The notes beneath the pieces are model-generated. The model was not told the origin of the DNA, did no database searches, and worked only from the letters and a program-made list of their open reading frames with translations. From Bacteroidota bacterium (GTDB lineage: Bacteria; Bacteroidota; Bacteroidia; AKYH767-A; OLB10): a stretch of DNA of 59,250 nucleotides. The translations under genes and the position numbers were made by a program. The DNA lies in the NCBI GenBank assembly GCA_046052065.1, contig JBJOND010000005.1:1-59250 (forward strand), written 5' to 3'. Shown here piece by piece: positions 28,722-39,259 of the stretch. Each line of letters opens with the position of its first letter. The stretch's first letter is position 1.

Positions 28722-29419
28722 TGTGCGTAAGGATCGATATTCCATTCATCATTCGACGAACTGTCGTTTGATGAATTATCGAGACTTCCCCTATCGAAGT
28801 TAGCATTGCCTGACTCAAAGCCTGGAGGCAAATCAACCGGCACATCCATTTCATCGACTAAATCAGAAGGAGTTCCAATTTCGTTATCAAGAATATGAAG
28901 GTCTTTTAGTTTTGGCAGGTCTTTCACCGACTTCAAACCAAAGTGATCCATGAAGCTTTTACTTGTTGCATATAGCAACGGTCTTCCTGGGCCGTCTCCT
29001 TTTCCGTTAATAACAATTAGTTCCTTTTCCAATAGTTTCTGAATTGAGTAATCGCAATTCACACCGCGAATGTGTTCAATCTCTGATTTGGATAACGGCT
29101 GTTTATAGGCAATTATTGCAAGCGTTTCTAAAGCGGCCGTTGAAAGTCGGCGTTTAGCCTTGATTTGCAACAAGGTATTGACTACTGAATGATATTCTTT
29201 TTTCGATAAAAACTGATAGCCTTCTGCTATTTCAACTAATTCGAATGAGAATACTTCATCCTTGTACTTATCTTTTAAAACTTCAACAATTTCTTTTAGC
29301 TGATCCTTTTTAAGCTCCCAGCCATAAGTTGTATTCAAACAACTAATAATATCATCTGCTGATACAGGCGATTCAGCAGTAAAAATTAAAGCTTCGATAT
29401 GTTGTTCGAGTAATTGCAT
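28718..29419 (-). CDS. scpB: SMC-Scp complex subunit ScpB
   Basis: IEALIF, LSTAALETLAIIAYKQP, IRGVNC and GPGRPLLY.T...F...FGL. Confidence 0.93.
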   Translation of the reverse strand: MQLLEQHIEALIFTAESPVSADDIISCLNTTYGWELKKDQLKEIVEVLKDKYKDEVFSFELVEIAEGYQFLSKKEYHSVVNTLLQIKAKRRLSTAALETLAIIAYKQPLSKSEIEHIRGVNCDYSIQKLLEKELIVINGKGDGPGRPLLYATSKSFMDHFGLKSVKDLPKLKDLHILDNEIGTPSDLVDEMDVPVDLPPGFESGNANFDRGSLDNSSNDSSSNDEWNIDPYAQ

Positions 29420-29436
29420 AAATGAGTTTGTTAAAA

Positions 29437-32253
29437 TTAAATTACAATATTGACTATTCGTCCGGGCACTACAATGATTTTCTTAGGAGCTCCATCAAAT
29501 AATTTGGCTGTTTCAGGTGCAGACAATACCGCCTTCTCTATATCCTCTTTCGTTAGCTGCAATGAAAGTTTAATTTTCGATTTCACCTTTCCATTAATTG
29601 AAATTGGATACTCAAATTCATCCTCTACTAAATATTCTTCTTTCCATTGAGGGAAGTTTGCTTTGGTGATACTTTCAGTATGACCAAGTTTCTCCCAAAG
29701 TTCTTCCGCGAAGTGAGGTGCATAAGGAGACAATATCACTAACAACGGCTCTAGAATCTCGCGCTTGTTACATTTTAAATCGGTTAACTCATTCACACAA
29801 ATCATGAATGAACTAACTGTTGTATTAAATGAAAAGCGCTCTACATCATCTTCTACTTTTTTAATTGTTTTATGAAGCGTTTTTAATTCTGCTTTTGATG
29901 CTGCTTCATCTGAAACTTGAAAAACATTTTCTTTTCCATGAAACAATCTCCACAAGCGACGAAGGAAATTATGTACGCCACTGATACCTTGTGTACTCCA
30001 TGGCTTACTTTGTTCCAGCGGACCTAAAAACATTTCATACAATCGAAGTGTATCCGCACCATACTGAAGAATAATATCATCAGGAGTTACCACATTGTAT
30101 TTACTCTTCGACATTTTTTCTACTTCACTTCCGCAGATATACTTTCCATCTTCTAAAATAAATTCAGCATCTACAAAATCTTCACGCCACTTTTTAAACT
30201 CTTCAATATTCAATTCATGATTAGGAGCTATTGCAACATCAACATGCAAAGCACTTGTGTTATACTCTTTGCGCAACCCTGCAGAAACAAATTTGTTGGT
30301 CCCTACAATACGATAAACAAACGCACTCACACCTTGAATCATTCCCTGATTAATCAGCTTTTGCGCTGGCTCATTCATCGGAATAACACCCATATCATAC
30401 AAGAACTTCGTCCAGAAACGCACATACAACAAATGTCCTGTTGCATGCTCTGCACCACCTAAATAAAAATCAACATTCTTCCAGTACTCAACCGCTTCTT
30501 TCGATACTAATTCATTTTCATTTTTAGCATCCATGTATCGCAAGTAATACCAACTTGAACCAGCCCATCCAGGCATCGTTGTCGTTTCATAGTCATACTC
30601 GCCTTTATACTTCCAATCAGTAGCACGAGCTAAAGGAGGCTCACCAGTTTCTGTTGGATGAAACTTATCAATTTCAGGCAATATTAATGGAAGGTCTGAC
30701 TCTTCTAACGTTTGTGGGATACCGTTCTTATAATAAATTGGAATTGGCTCTCCCCAATAACGCTGACGACCGAAGGCGGCATCACGCAAACGATAATTCG
30801 TTCTTCCTTTACCACAACCAGTTGCTTCAATCTTTCCGATGGATGTTTTGATAGCTTCTTTAACATCAAGGCCATTTAGAAAATCAGAATTCATAATAAC
30901 ACCACTCTTGTCATCAAACGATTCCTGATCTAAACCTGGATGTCCTTTTGGCAATTCCACCACTTGCAAGAAAGGACTTCTTCCAAGCTGACTTGTTAGT
31001 TCATTAATAAAATGATTGGCAAATGCATAATCGCGACTATCATGAGCAGGAACCGCCATTACAGCACCGGTACCATAGCCTGCAAGTACATAATCACCCA
31101 CCCACACTGGAATTTTATTCCCTGTGAACGGATGAACAACATAAGCTCCTGTAAACTGTCCAGTAATCTTTTTCACATCGGCCATACGTTCACGCTCACT
31201 TCTGTTTTTTGCCATCAACACATATTCGTCCACGTTAGCACGATACTCGTCTGTTGTAATTTTAGAAACCAACTCATGCTCTGGAGCAAGAGTTACGAAA
31301 GAAACTCCAAAAACAGTATCAGGTCGCGTTGTAAAGACTTCTATAACTTCATTGCTATTTTCAAGATTAAAGATGATGGATGTTCCTTCACTCTTACCTA
31401 TCCAGTTGCGTTGCGCTTCTTTCATCGACTCTGACCAATCTAATGAATCAAGGTCGGATAATAAACGATCTGCATAAGATGTAATTCGCAAACTCCATTG
31501 TGGCATTTGCTTACGCTCAACAGGAAATCCTCCACGCTCACTAACACCATCTTTCACTTCGTCGTTAGCTAACACACATCCGAGTGCAGGACACCAGTTT
31601 ACCCAAGCCTCACTTAAATAAGCTAATCGGAAACAAAGTAAAATTTCCGACTTACGCTCTTCACTAAATGATTTCCAATCAGCAGCAGTAAATGGTGCTA
31701 ATTCTTGTTCAATGCCCCCCGTTAAATAAACAGGTTCAAATTGACCCCAACCTTGTGTTTCGAAAATTGAAAGTAAAGTATCAATAGACTCTGCTTTATT
31801 TGTTTTCGGATTATACCAGGAATTAAAAAGCTGAATAAATATCCATTGCGTCCATTTGTAATATTCGGGCTCACAGGTTCTGATTTCTCTCGACCAATCG
31901 TAGCAGAATCCCATTTTATCCATTTGCTCACGATAGCGCGCGATATTTTTTTCTGTAGTTACCTTCGGATGTTGTCCTGTTTGAATAGCATATTGCTCAG
32001 CAGGCAAACCGAAAGCATCATAACCCATTGGATGCAAAACATTAAATCCTTTGAGTGATTTATAGCGGGCAACAATATCAGATGCAATGTATCCTAACGG
32101 ATGACCCACATGCAAACCAGCTCCTGACGGATATGGGAACATATCGAGCACATAATATTTCGGTTTTGTCGGATGTATCGCAGTTTTATAAGTTTCGCGC
32201 TTCTTCCATTCACCCTGCCATTTGGATTCTATCTCCCTGAAATTGTATTCCAT
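29437..32253 (-). CDS. leuS: Leucine--tRNA ligase
   Basis: [14 protein letters not shown] (HIGH), [10 protein letters not shown], the editing domain [12 protein letters not shown], and KMSKS. Confidence 0.97.
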   Translation of the reverse strand: MEYNFREIESKWQGEWKKRETYKTAIHPTKPKYYVLDMFPYPSGAGLHVGHPLGYIASDIVARYKSLKGFNVLHPMGYDAFGLPAEQYAIQTGQHPKVTTEKNIARYREQMDKMGFCYDWSREIRTCEPEYYKWTQWIFIQLFNSWYNPKTNKAESIDTLLSIFETQGWGQFEPVYLTGGIEQELAPFTAADWKSFSEERKSEILLCFRLAYLSEAWVNWCPALGCVLANDEVKDGVSERGGFPVERKQMPQWSLRITSYADRLLSDLDSLDWSESMKEAQRNWIGKSEGTSIIFNLENSNEVIEVFTTRPDTVFGVSFVTLAPEHELVSKITTDEYRANVDEYVLMAKNRSERERMADVKKITGQFTGAYVVHPFTGNKIPVWVGDYVLAGYGTGAVMAVPAHDSRDYAFANHFINELTSQLGRSPFLQVVELPKGHPGLDQESFDDKSGVIMNSDFLNGLDVKEAIKTSIGKIEATGCGKGRTNYRLRDAAFGRQRYWGEPIPIYYKNGIPQTLEESDLPLILPEIDKFHPTETGEPPLARATDWKYKGEYDYETTTMPGWAGSSWYYLRYMDAKNENELVSKEAVEYWKNVDFYLGGAEHATGHLLYVRFWTKFLYDMGVIPMNEPAQKLINQGMIQGVSAFVYRIVGTNKFVSAGLRKEYNTSALHVDVAIAPNHELNIEEFKKWREDFVDAEFILEDGKYICGSEVEKMSKSKYNVVTPDDIILQYGADTLRLYEMFLGPLEQSKPWSTQGISGVHNFLRRLWRLFHGKENVFQVSDEAASKAELKTLHKTIKKVEDDVERFSFNTTVSSFMICVNELTDLKCNKREILEPLLVILSPYAPHFAEELWEKLGHTESITKANFPQWKEEYLVEDEFEYPISINGKVKSKIKLSLQLTKEDIEKAVLSAPETAKLFDGAPKKIIVVPGRIVNIVI

Positions 32254-32275
32254 TTAATAATTAAAATAAGGGTTA

Positions 32276-32283
32276 CGAAGTTA
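32276..32283 (-). promoter_or_regulatory. -7 element variant (TAACTTCG) of leuS
   Basis: TAnnTTCG variant on the minus strand, 22 nt upstream of the ATG. Confidence 0.45.
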
Positions 32284-32418
32284 GCAAAAAGGCATTGTTT
32301 AGCGAGCTATTCCTGAATTTTTCTGAAGGCAATTTCATTTGATAAGCAACATTGACGATTTCAGCACTTCATTTTCCATTTATACCGTTGGAAAATAGGG
32401 AAATTTGATTCAGCTGAT

Positions 32419-32426
32419 TACATTTG
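32419..32426 (+). promoter_or_regulatory. -7 element (TACATTTG) of the ftsX operon
   Basis: Exact TAnnTTTG followed by C. Confidence 0.6.
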
Positions 32427-32453
32427 CGGTTAAGTAAAGAAAAATAGCTTTAA

Positions 32454-33302
32454 ATGAAGGTTTTGAAAAATCCATCTGGAGTATCTAATATTATCAGTAT
32501 CACGTTGGTATTGATAGTTTTAGGCACTTTAGGATTAATCCTTTCGAGTGCGCAGAAGATTTCTAATCACTTAAAAGAAAATGTAGAGGTGGCTATTACA
32601 CTTAAAAGTGATTCTGATTCGGTGTCCATTCAGCAATTTGTTCAACAACTTAAATCGGCTGAATACGCTAAAAATGTTCAGTACATCACGAAAGAACAAG
32701 CTGCTATTAAATTGCAAAAAGAGTTAGGCGAAAACTTTGTCGACTTTTTAGGCTACAATCCATTAAAACCCTCTATCATCATTTCGTTTAAATCAAACTA
32801 TACGGAAAAGGTACTTTTAAAAAGCACTATTAACCGAATAGCAGCGAACCCATTAATTGAAGATATTCAATATCAAGAGTCTTTGATATCAGAATTAAAT
32901 GAGAATTTGAAAACCATTGCCATCATTTTGTTGAGCTTTACTTCGCTTTTAATTATAGTTGCTATTGGATTAATCAATAATACCATTCGTATTGCATTGT
33001 ATTCACAGCGACAAATTATCAGAAGCATGTTGCTGGTAGGAGCTAAAAAGAACTTTATCAGAAAACCATTCTTAATTGACAGTATTAGAAATGGAATATT
33101 AGGCGGGTTGTTCTCAATTATAATTTTGTTGACGTGTATTTATTTTGCGGAGCAAAAAATTGCAGACTTAAAAAATCTTATTGATACAAATACACTAATT
33201 CAGGTTGGAGGATTGCTACTATCATGCGGAGTAGTATTATCATTCACCTGCACATTAATCGCATTAAACAGACATTTAAAGTATAGAACTAATCTATTAT
33301 AA
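32454..33302 (+). CDS. ftsX: Cell division permease FtsX
   Basis: ISITLVL TM, periplasmic LGENFVDFLGYNPL, and INNTIRIALYSQR.II..MLLVGA...FIRKPF. Confidence 0.88.
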   Translation: MKVLKNPSGVSNIISITLVLIVLGTLGLILSSAQKISNHLKENVEVAITLKSDSDSVSIQQFVQQLKSAEYAKNVQYITKEQAAIKLQKELGENFVDFLGYNPLKPSIIISFKSNYTEKVLLKSTINRIAANPLIEDIQYQESLISELNENLKTIAIILLSFTSLLIIVAIGLINNTIRIALYSQRQIIRSMLLVGAKKNFIRKPFLIDSIRNGILGGLFSIIILLTCIYFAEQKIADLKNLIDTNTLIQVGGLLLSCGVVLSFTCTLIALNRHLKYRTNLL

Positions 33303-33306
33303 TTTT

Positions 33307-33591
33307 ATGGCGAAGAAAGAAGTAAATAAAACGATTAGCACTGAAAAAACGAGTGCCACTCCAAGTGAAGGATTCGTGTTTTCAAAAGTTAATTTTCAAT
33401 TGTTAATTGCAAGCCTTATAACAATTGTTATTGGCTATGCATTAATGGCGGGTGGCAAATCAGATGATCCAAATAAATTCAGCGAAGAGATTTTCAACTT
33501 CCAGCGAATTACACTTGCTCCGATAGTTGTATTGGCAGGATATGCATTAGGCATCTATGCCATATTGAAAAAATCAAAAAACGCTGAATGA
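33307..33591 (+). CDS. DUF3098 domain small membrane protein
   Basis: Two TMs around GG.S.DPNKF...IF...RITLAP; canonical position between ftsX and uppP. Confidence 0.8.
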   Translation: MAKKEVNKTISTEKTSATPSEGFVFSKVNFQLLIASLITIVIGYALMAGGKSDDPNKFSEEIFNFQRITLAPIVVLAGYALGIYAILKKSKNAE

Positions 33592-34397
33592 ATCTTTTTC
33601 AGTCGATCGTACTAGCTATTGTAGAGGGAATCACTGAATTCTTACCTGTTTCATCTACAGGACATATGGTTATTGCATCATCGTTAATGGGAATCGCCAA
33701 CGATGATTTTACCAAGACATTTACAGTAGCAATTCAGTTTGGTGCAATCTTATCGGTTGTTGTTTTATACTTCAAACGCTTTTTTCAGAGTATCAATTTT
33801 TATTTCAAATTATTTATAGGATTTATCCCAGCTGCAATACTCGGGTTAATATTTGATGATTACATTGACGCCCTATTAGGCAATGTACTTGTAGTTGCTT
33901 ATACATTATTAGTTGGCGGAGTTATTCTGATTTTTTTAGAAGAGCTTTTGAAGCACAAAGAAATTGAAGACAGCATTGACGATATTACTTACCCTAAAGC
34001 ATTTAAAGTGGGTATCTTTCAGTGTTTAGCAATGATTCCTGGGGTATCGAGATCTGCCTCTACAATTATTGGAGGGATGCTTCAGAACTTAAGCAGAAAA
34101 ACTGCTGCAGAATTTTCATTCTTCTTAGCATTACCTACTATGTTTGGAGCGACTGTTCTTAAGGTTTATAAGTTTTATAAAGCGATGGACGAAAAAGGCG
34201 TGTCTTTTTCAGGAAATGAAAAGATGCTTTTGATAGTAGGGAATGTTGTTGCATTTGCTGTCGCGATGATCGCCATAAAAGCCTTTATTAGTTACCTTAC
34301 TAAACATGGATTTAAAGTTTTCGGATATTACCGAATAGTAGTTGGTCTTTTGATTATCCTGCTTTACATTTTAGATTTCGATATTCAACTTATTTAA
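33588..34397 (+). CDS. uppP: Undecaprenyl-diphosphate phosphatase
   Basis: [23 protein letters not shown] and PGVSRS motifs. Confidence 0.95.
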   Translation: MNLFQSIVLAIVEGITEFLPVSSTGHMVIASSLMGIANDDFTKTFTVAIQFGAILSVVVLYFKRFFQSINFYFKLFIGFIPAAILGLIFDDYIDALLGNVLVVAYTLLVGGVILIFLEELLKHKEIEDSIDDITYPKAFKVGIFQCLAMIPGVSRSASTIIGGMLQNLSRKTAAEFSFFLALPTMFGATVLKVYKFYKAMDEKGVSFSGNEKMLLIVGNVVAFAVAMIAIKAFISYLTKHGFKVFGYYRIVVGLLIILLYILDFDIQLI

Positions 34398-34399
34398 AA

Positions 34400-35089
34400 A
34401 TGAATATTGAAGTAACGCCAGTGAATGATGGAGAGGTTTTATTAGTCAATAAGCCTTTAACATGGACCTCCACCGATGTAGTTCGAAAATTAAAGGGGAT
34501 TTTAAAAGTTAAAAAAATCGGACATGCGGGAACGTTAGACCCTTTGGCAACCGGACTATTAATTATCTGCACTGGCAAAAAGACTAAAACAATTCCTTTT
34601 ATTCAAGAGGAAGAAAAAGAGTATACTGGTACTTTTTATTTGGGAGCAACTACTCCATCTTTTGATAAAGAAACAGAACATGATTCCACATTTGACATTT
34701 CAGGAATAAGCAATGAGCAAATTTTGGAGGCTGTGAAGAAACTAAAAGGACATCAGTTACAAACTCCTCCTATGTTTTCTGCGGTAAAAGTCAATGGTAA
34801 GAGAGCCTATGCCATTGCCCGACAAGGTGAAACAGTTGAACTGAAATCGAAGCCCATCGAAATCAAAGAATTTGAAATAAGCAGAATTGAATTACCCGAA
34901 ATAGACTTCCGAATTGTTTGTACAAAAGGTACTTATATTCGATCGATTGCGCGTGATTTAGGCGTTTTATTACAAAATGGGGCCTACCTGACTAAATTGG
35001 TCAGAACCAGAATAGGCTCACACTTGCTCTCTGAAGCATCTGAAATTGAGTCGTTTAAGTCGAAAATTGACGAACAAGCCAAGCAATAA
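34400..35089 (+). CDS. truB: tRNA pseudouridine(55) synthase
   Basis: GHAGTLDPLATG, PPMFSAVKVNG and KGTYIRS. Confidence 0.96.
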   Translation: MNIEVTPVNDGEVLLVNKPLTWTSTDVVRKLKGILKVKKIGHAGTLDPLATGLLIICTGKKTKTIPFIQEEEKEYTGTFYLGATTPSFDKETEHDSTFDISGISNEQILEAVKKLKGHQLQTPPMFSAVKVNGKRAYAIARQGETVELKSKPIEIKEFEISRIELPEIDFRIVCTKGTYIRSIARDLGVLLQNGAYLTKLVRTRIGSHLLSEASEIESFKSKIDEQAKQ

Positions 35090-35203
35090 AACTCCCCTTT
35101 TTAAACTATTGCAATTCAGCACCTTACGAAAAATAAAAGTTTTTAGTCACTGATTACCATATCCTTACAGGCAAGTCACATACGTTTAGGCCATTTCGTA
35201 CCC

Positions 35204-35211
35204 TATCTTTG
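35204..35211 (+). promoter_or_regulatory. -7 element (TATCTTTG) of queA-ispD
   Basis: Exact TAnnTTTG in the truB-queA gap. Confidence 0.55.
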
Positions 35212-35285
35212 GCCTCCCAATAAAGTTACTTTTCAAACGACTGTTGGACAACAACAACTAACAATATTTAAAGCCCGTAAGCTAC

Positions 35286-36338
35286 ATGAAACTATCCCAG
35301 TTCAAATTTAACTTCAACGAAAAGTTACTTGCCAACCACCCTGCTGCAAACAGAGATGAATCTCGTTTGATGGTTATTCACCGCAGCACTGGTAAAATTG
35401 AGCATAAAGTATTTAAAGATGTACTTGACTATTTTGATGATGGTGATGTGTTAGCTTTAAACAACACTAAAGTATTCCCTGCCCGCCTTTATGGAAACAA
35501 GGAGAAAACAGGAGCTAAAATTGAAGTTTTTTTACTTCGTGAATTAAATGCTGAGAGTAAGCTTTGGGATGTTTTAGTAGATCCTGCTCGTAAAATCAGA
35601 ATTGGTAATAAGCTATACTTCGGTGATGATGATAATTTAGTAGCTGAGGTTATTGATAATACAACTTCAAGAGGAAGAACATTACGTTTCCTTTTTGACG
35701 GAACTTCTGAAGAGTTTCGCGAAGTAATTGAGCAATTAGGAAACACTCCATTGCCAAAATACATTAAGCGCAAAGCTGAACCAGCTGATAAAGATCGTTA
35801 TCAAACGGTTTTTGCTAAGAATGAAGGAGCCGTAGCTGCACCAACTGCAGGTTTACATTTTAGTCGTGAGTTATTAAAGCGTTTAGAATTGAAAGGTTGT
35901 AATCTTGCTGAAGTAACATTACACGTTGGATTGGGAACTTTCCGTCCGGTAGAAGTAGAAGATTTAACAAAGCATAAAATGGAGTCTGAGCAATTTTTCA
36001 TTCCTCAGGACGCCGTAAATATTATCAATAAAGCGAAGGCAAATAAAAAGAATATTTGTGCTGTTGGAACAACAACTATGCGTTGCTTAGAGACTTCTGT
36101 TTCTACAATGGGAGAGTTAAAACCTAATTCAGGTTGGACCAACAAATTCATTTTCCCTCCTTACGATTTTAGCATCGCTAACATGATGATTACTAATTTC
36201 CATATGCCAGAGTCGACATTATTAATGATGACAACTGCATTTGGTGGTTATGATTTAATTATGGAAGCTTATCGCGTAGCGCAAAAAGAAAAATACCGTT
36301 TCTATAGCTACGGAGATGCGATGTTAATTCTTGATTAA
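35286..36338 (+). CDS. queA: S-adenosylmethionine:tRNA ribosyltransferase-isomerase
   Basis: [31 protein letters not shown] and YGDAMLI. Confidence 0.97.
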   Translation: MKLSQFKFNFNEKLLANHPAANRDESRLMVIHRSTGKIEHKVFKDVLDYFDDGDVLALNNTKVFPARLYGNKEKTGAKIEVFLLRELNAESKLWDVLVDPARKIRIGNKLYFGDDDNLVAEVIDNTTSRGRTLRFLFDGTSEEFREVIEQLGNTPLPKYIKRKAEPADKDRYQTVFAKNEGAVAAPTAGLHFSRELLKRLELKGCNLAEVTLHVGLGTFRPVEVEDLTKHKMESEQFFIPQDAVNIINKAKANKKNICAVGTTTMRCLETSVSTMGELKPNSGWTNKFIFPPYDFSIANMMITNFHMPESTLLMMTTAFGGYDLIMEAYRVAQKEKYRFYSYGDAMLILD

Positions 36339-36994
36339 TGAATAAAGTTGCGATAATCGTTGCTGGTGGAATTGGTAGCAGAATGGCGGCTGACCTTCCG
36401 AAGCAATTTTTGCCTATCGCAAACGAACCTTTATTGTTTCATACCCTACGTAAATTTGAAAATTCAGTAGATCATCTGATTTTGGTGATGCATCCAGAAT
36501 GGATATCCTATTGGAACGATTTAATAGCGAAGCATTCATTCAACGTAAAGCATACTATTGTTGGTGGCGGACAAACACGTGCGCAGTCTGTATTAAATGG
36601 ACTGGGGCACGTTGAAAGCGATTGTCTCATAGCTATTCATGACGCAGCCAGGCCTACCGTTACAAAGGAGCTTATTGATTCTACTTTTAAAAATGCTGAA
36701 AAGCATGGTGCATGCATTCCTATTATTGATTTAAAAGATAGTATACGGGAGATTTCAGAAGATGGCAATAGCAAAGCCGTTAATCGTAGTAAATTTAAGA
36801 GTGTTCAAACACCTCAAACTTTTCAAGCGTCAATTTTAAAAGCCGCATTTGAGAATAAAGATTACGAAAAATACACCGATGATGCATCATTAGTAGAGGC
36901 TAATGGGACACCTGTTTTTTTAATTGAAGGTGAAGAAAAGAACATTAAAGTCACTACAGCATCAGACCTGATTTTAGTAGCATCGTTTATTTAG
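36338..36994 (+). CDS. ispD: 2-C-methyl-D-erythritol 4-phosphate cytidylyltransferase
   Basis: AGGIGSRM, PKQF, IHDAARP, QTPQ, TDDAS and NIKVT. Confidence 0.93.
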   Translation: MNKVAIIVAGGIGSRMAADLPKQFLPIANEPLLFHTLRKFENSVDHLILVMHPEWISYWNDLIAKHSFNVKHTIVGGGQTRAQSVLNGLGHVESDCLIAIHDAARPTVTKELIDSTFKNAEKHGACIPIIDLKDSIREISEDGNSKAVNRSKFKSVQTPQTFQASILKAAFENKDYEKYTDDASLVEANGTPVFLIEGEEKNIKVTTASDLILVASFI

Positions 36995-37107
36995 TTTTCA
37001 ATAAAATAATTCCATCTTTTTCTCGTTTTTAAATTAACACTTGATTGTGTAAATTGATTTTCTAAGAATTCAAAAATCATACTTAAATCTCGTATAATTG
37101 TATAGCT

Positions 37108-38688
37108 ATGAAAAACACCAGCTATCCTAACCTTTTGACGAAGCAACTACTGTTGTTGGTTGGGTTATTATTCATAGCCTCACATTTTGCACTCGCCGAT
37201 AATCGCGACACACTTAAATCTCCAATCTTCAGAAATGATTACATCAATGGACTTGTAGGAGATGAAGATCAAATAAGAGCCGGACTTTTATATGACGTAA
37301 CGAGAGATAAAATTGTTTGGGATAAAAAAGGTGATCAAGTATTCCCGATTGCATCACTAACAAAAATGATGGTAGGACTTTTAGCTATCGAAGATATCGA
37401 GGCTGGCAAAGTTTCCATGTCGGACACCATTACCATCACGAGCAGCTACAAGAAAAAAATCAAAAGAAGAAAATGGGCTACTTACACTCTTCGCTACGAT
37501 TATACATTTGAAGATGTATTAAAGATGGCGATGGTTGCATCACACAATGAAAGTACCATTTGGATAGCCAAGCATTGTGCTCCGACAGTTGAAGAGTTCG
37601 TTGCACGTATGAATGAGAAGGCGGCTCAACTTGGAATGACCTCTACAAAGTATTACAACACTTCAGGGCTTCCAGGATATGGTTCAACGCCAGATAATAG
37701 TTCGTCGTCACGCGACTTATTATTATTAGGAATGGAAATTACCAAGCATGCGCAATTGATGAAGATTACTTCTATTCCGTATGCAACTGTAAGTAATGGA
37801 AAGTTTAAAACTACCTACCGAAATCATAATGGTTTAGTGATAAATTATAATGATGAAGTTGATGGAATAAAAACAGGCTATACTAAAGCTGCGGGATTTT
37901 GTTTGGTTTCTACATGTAGTCGCGGTGGACATAAATTGATGGGGGTTATTTTAGGTTGTCAAAGTGCGGTGGTGCGTAATGGATTAGTAGCATCGATGGT
38001 AAATAATTACTTTGATGCAATTAAGTTAGGCCGCTTAGGAGAAGGACCTATTGATGGATTCCAATCGAAATTGTTTTTAGACAGTGTCGATAGAGGCTTA
38101 GCGGTAATTATTCCAACGATTGATACAACTACTAAAGAAGCCCCGGATTTAAAATATGCCTACACCTACAAAACGGTTTATGAAAAAGTACGATCTACAC
38201 ATACCGTTAAACGAGGTGATAATTTAAGTAAGATTGCCGATAAGTATAATGTAGCTTTAGCAGATCTGAAAAAATGGAATAAGATTAAGAAAAACAATAT
38301 CCAAGCGGGACAAAAGCTCGCAGTATATAAAACAGTAAAGAAGAAAATTCAAATCAAGATTGTAGTTGATCCGGATGAAGAAAAAGAGGATTTAGCTTGT
38401 AATGATAAAGATTTGAAATGTGGCGATGAAGAGGTAGCAGATAACTCAAACAACAAAACAGAAGTTAAAACTGAACCTAAAACAACAGTTAAAAGTACAA
38501 CGGCTAATAATACAACAGTTAAAAAAATAAAGCCTGTATTTATTTATCATACTGTGCAACCAGGTGATACACTTTGGAGAATATCACAACGTTATCAATT
38601 AAATATTGATGAATTAAAAAAGGCCAATAATATTTCAGGCACTAATTTAAAGAAGGGAACAAAAATTAAAATCCCTGTAAAAGGTTAA
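37108..38688 (+). CDS. Peptidase S11 (D-Ala-D-Ala carboxypeptidase-like) protein with two LysM domains
   Basis: SxxK (ASLTKM), SxN (ASHNE) and KTG. LysM motifs HTVKRGDNLSKIA and HTVQPGDTLWRIS. Confidence 0.88.
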   Translation: MKNTSYPNLLTKQLLLLVGLLFIASHFALADNRDTLKSPIFRNDYINGLVGDEDQIRAGLLYDVTRDKIVWDKKGDQVFPIASLTKMMVGLLAIEDIEAGKVSMSDTITITSSYKKKIKRRKWATYTLRYDYTFEDVLKMAMVASHNESTIWIAKHCAPTVEEFVARMNEKAAQLGMTSTKYYNTSGLPGYGSTPDNSSSSRDLLLLGMEITKHAQLMKITSIPYATVSNGKFKTTYRNHNGLVINYNDEVDGIKTGYTKAAGFCLVSTCSRGGHKLMGVILGCQSAVVRNGLVASMVNNYFDAIKLGRLGEGPIDGFQSKLFLDSVDRGLAVIIPTIDTTTKEAPDLKYAYTYKTVYEKVRSTHTVKRGDNLSKIADKYNVALADLKKWNKIKKNNIQAGQKLAVYKTVKKKIQIKIVVDPDEEKEDLACNDKDLKCGDEEVADNSNNKTEVKTEPKTTVKSTTANNTTVKKIKPVFIYHTVQPGDTLWRISQRYQLNIDELKKANNISGTNLKKGTKIKIPVKG

Positions 38689-38701
38689 TCAAATTTTATT
38701 C

Positions 38702-39259
38702 ATGAAAACACTATTCTTAACAATCTTGACATTGTTCTCGATGAATTATGCTTTTTCACAAGCAACTAAAAGTACCGTTAAACTTCCTATTGATGAGTCA
38801 ACAAAACTTATTACTTATACCAAAGTGATAGATGTAACGAATCAAACAAAAGATGTGTTATTTGATAGAGCATTGACGTGGGCTCAGAGTTATTATAAAA
38901 ACCCTGTTGATGTTATCAGAGAGCAAAATAAGGAAGAAGGAAAAATAGTTTGTAAAGGACGTTATAAAATTTCTAATCTGGCAGACAAAAAAGGATTCGC
39001 AACAGATGCCGGCTTGATTCAATACACATTGACATTGCTATTCAAGGATGGGAAAATAAAATACACTTTATCAGAGACAAACTGGAAGCAAACATCTTAT
39101 TATGCTTGCGAAAAATGGATGGACACAAGCAGTCAGTATTATAAAACAGAGTTTGAATATTATTTAGAGCAGTTAGATACGAACTCGAAAGAAATTTTAA
39201 AGTCGCTTGAAAAAGAATGTCTGAATCCGAAGTCAGAAAAAGCAAAAGATAACTGGTAA
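38702..39259 (+). CDS. Secreted protein, DUF4468-like
   Basis: Signal peptide, ITYTKVI, LFDRALTWA, and YTL.L.FKDGK.KY pattern. Confidence 0.6.
   Translation: MKTLFLTILTLFSMNYAFSQATKSTVKLPIDESTKLITYTKVIDVTNQTKDVLFDRALTWAQSYYKNPVDVIREQNKEEGKIVCKGRYKISNLADKKGFATDAGLIQYTLTLLFKDGKIKYTLSETNWKQTSYYACEKWMDTSSQYYKTEFEYYLEQLDTNSKEILKSLEKECLNPKSEKAKDNW

Noticed and set aside
32254-32453. T-box leader for leuS
   Set aside because: No T-box antiterminator sequence, and the promoter-like box is only ~22 nt from the ATG.
35090-35285. preQ1 riboswitch upstream of queA
   Set aside because: No preQ1 stem/A-rich tail consensus found; only a -7 promoter box.
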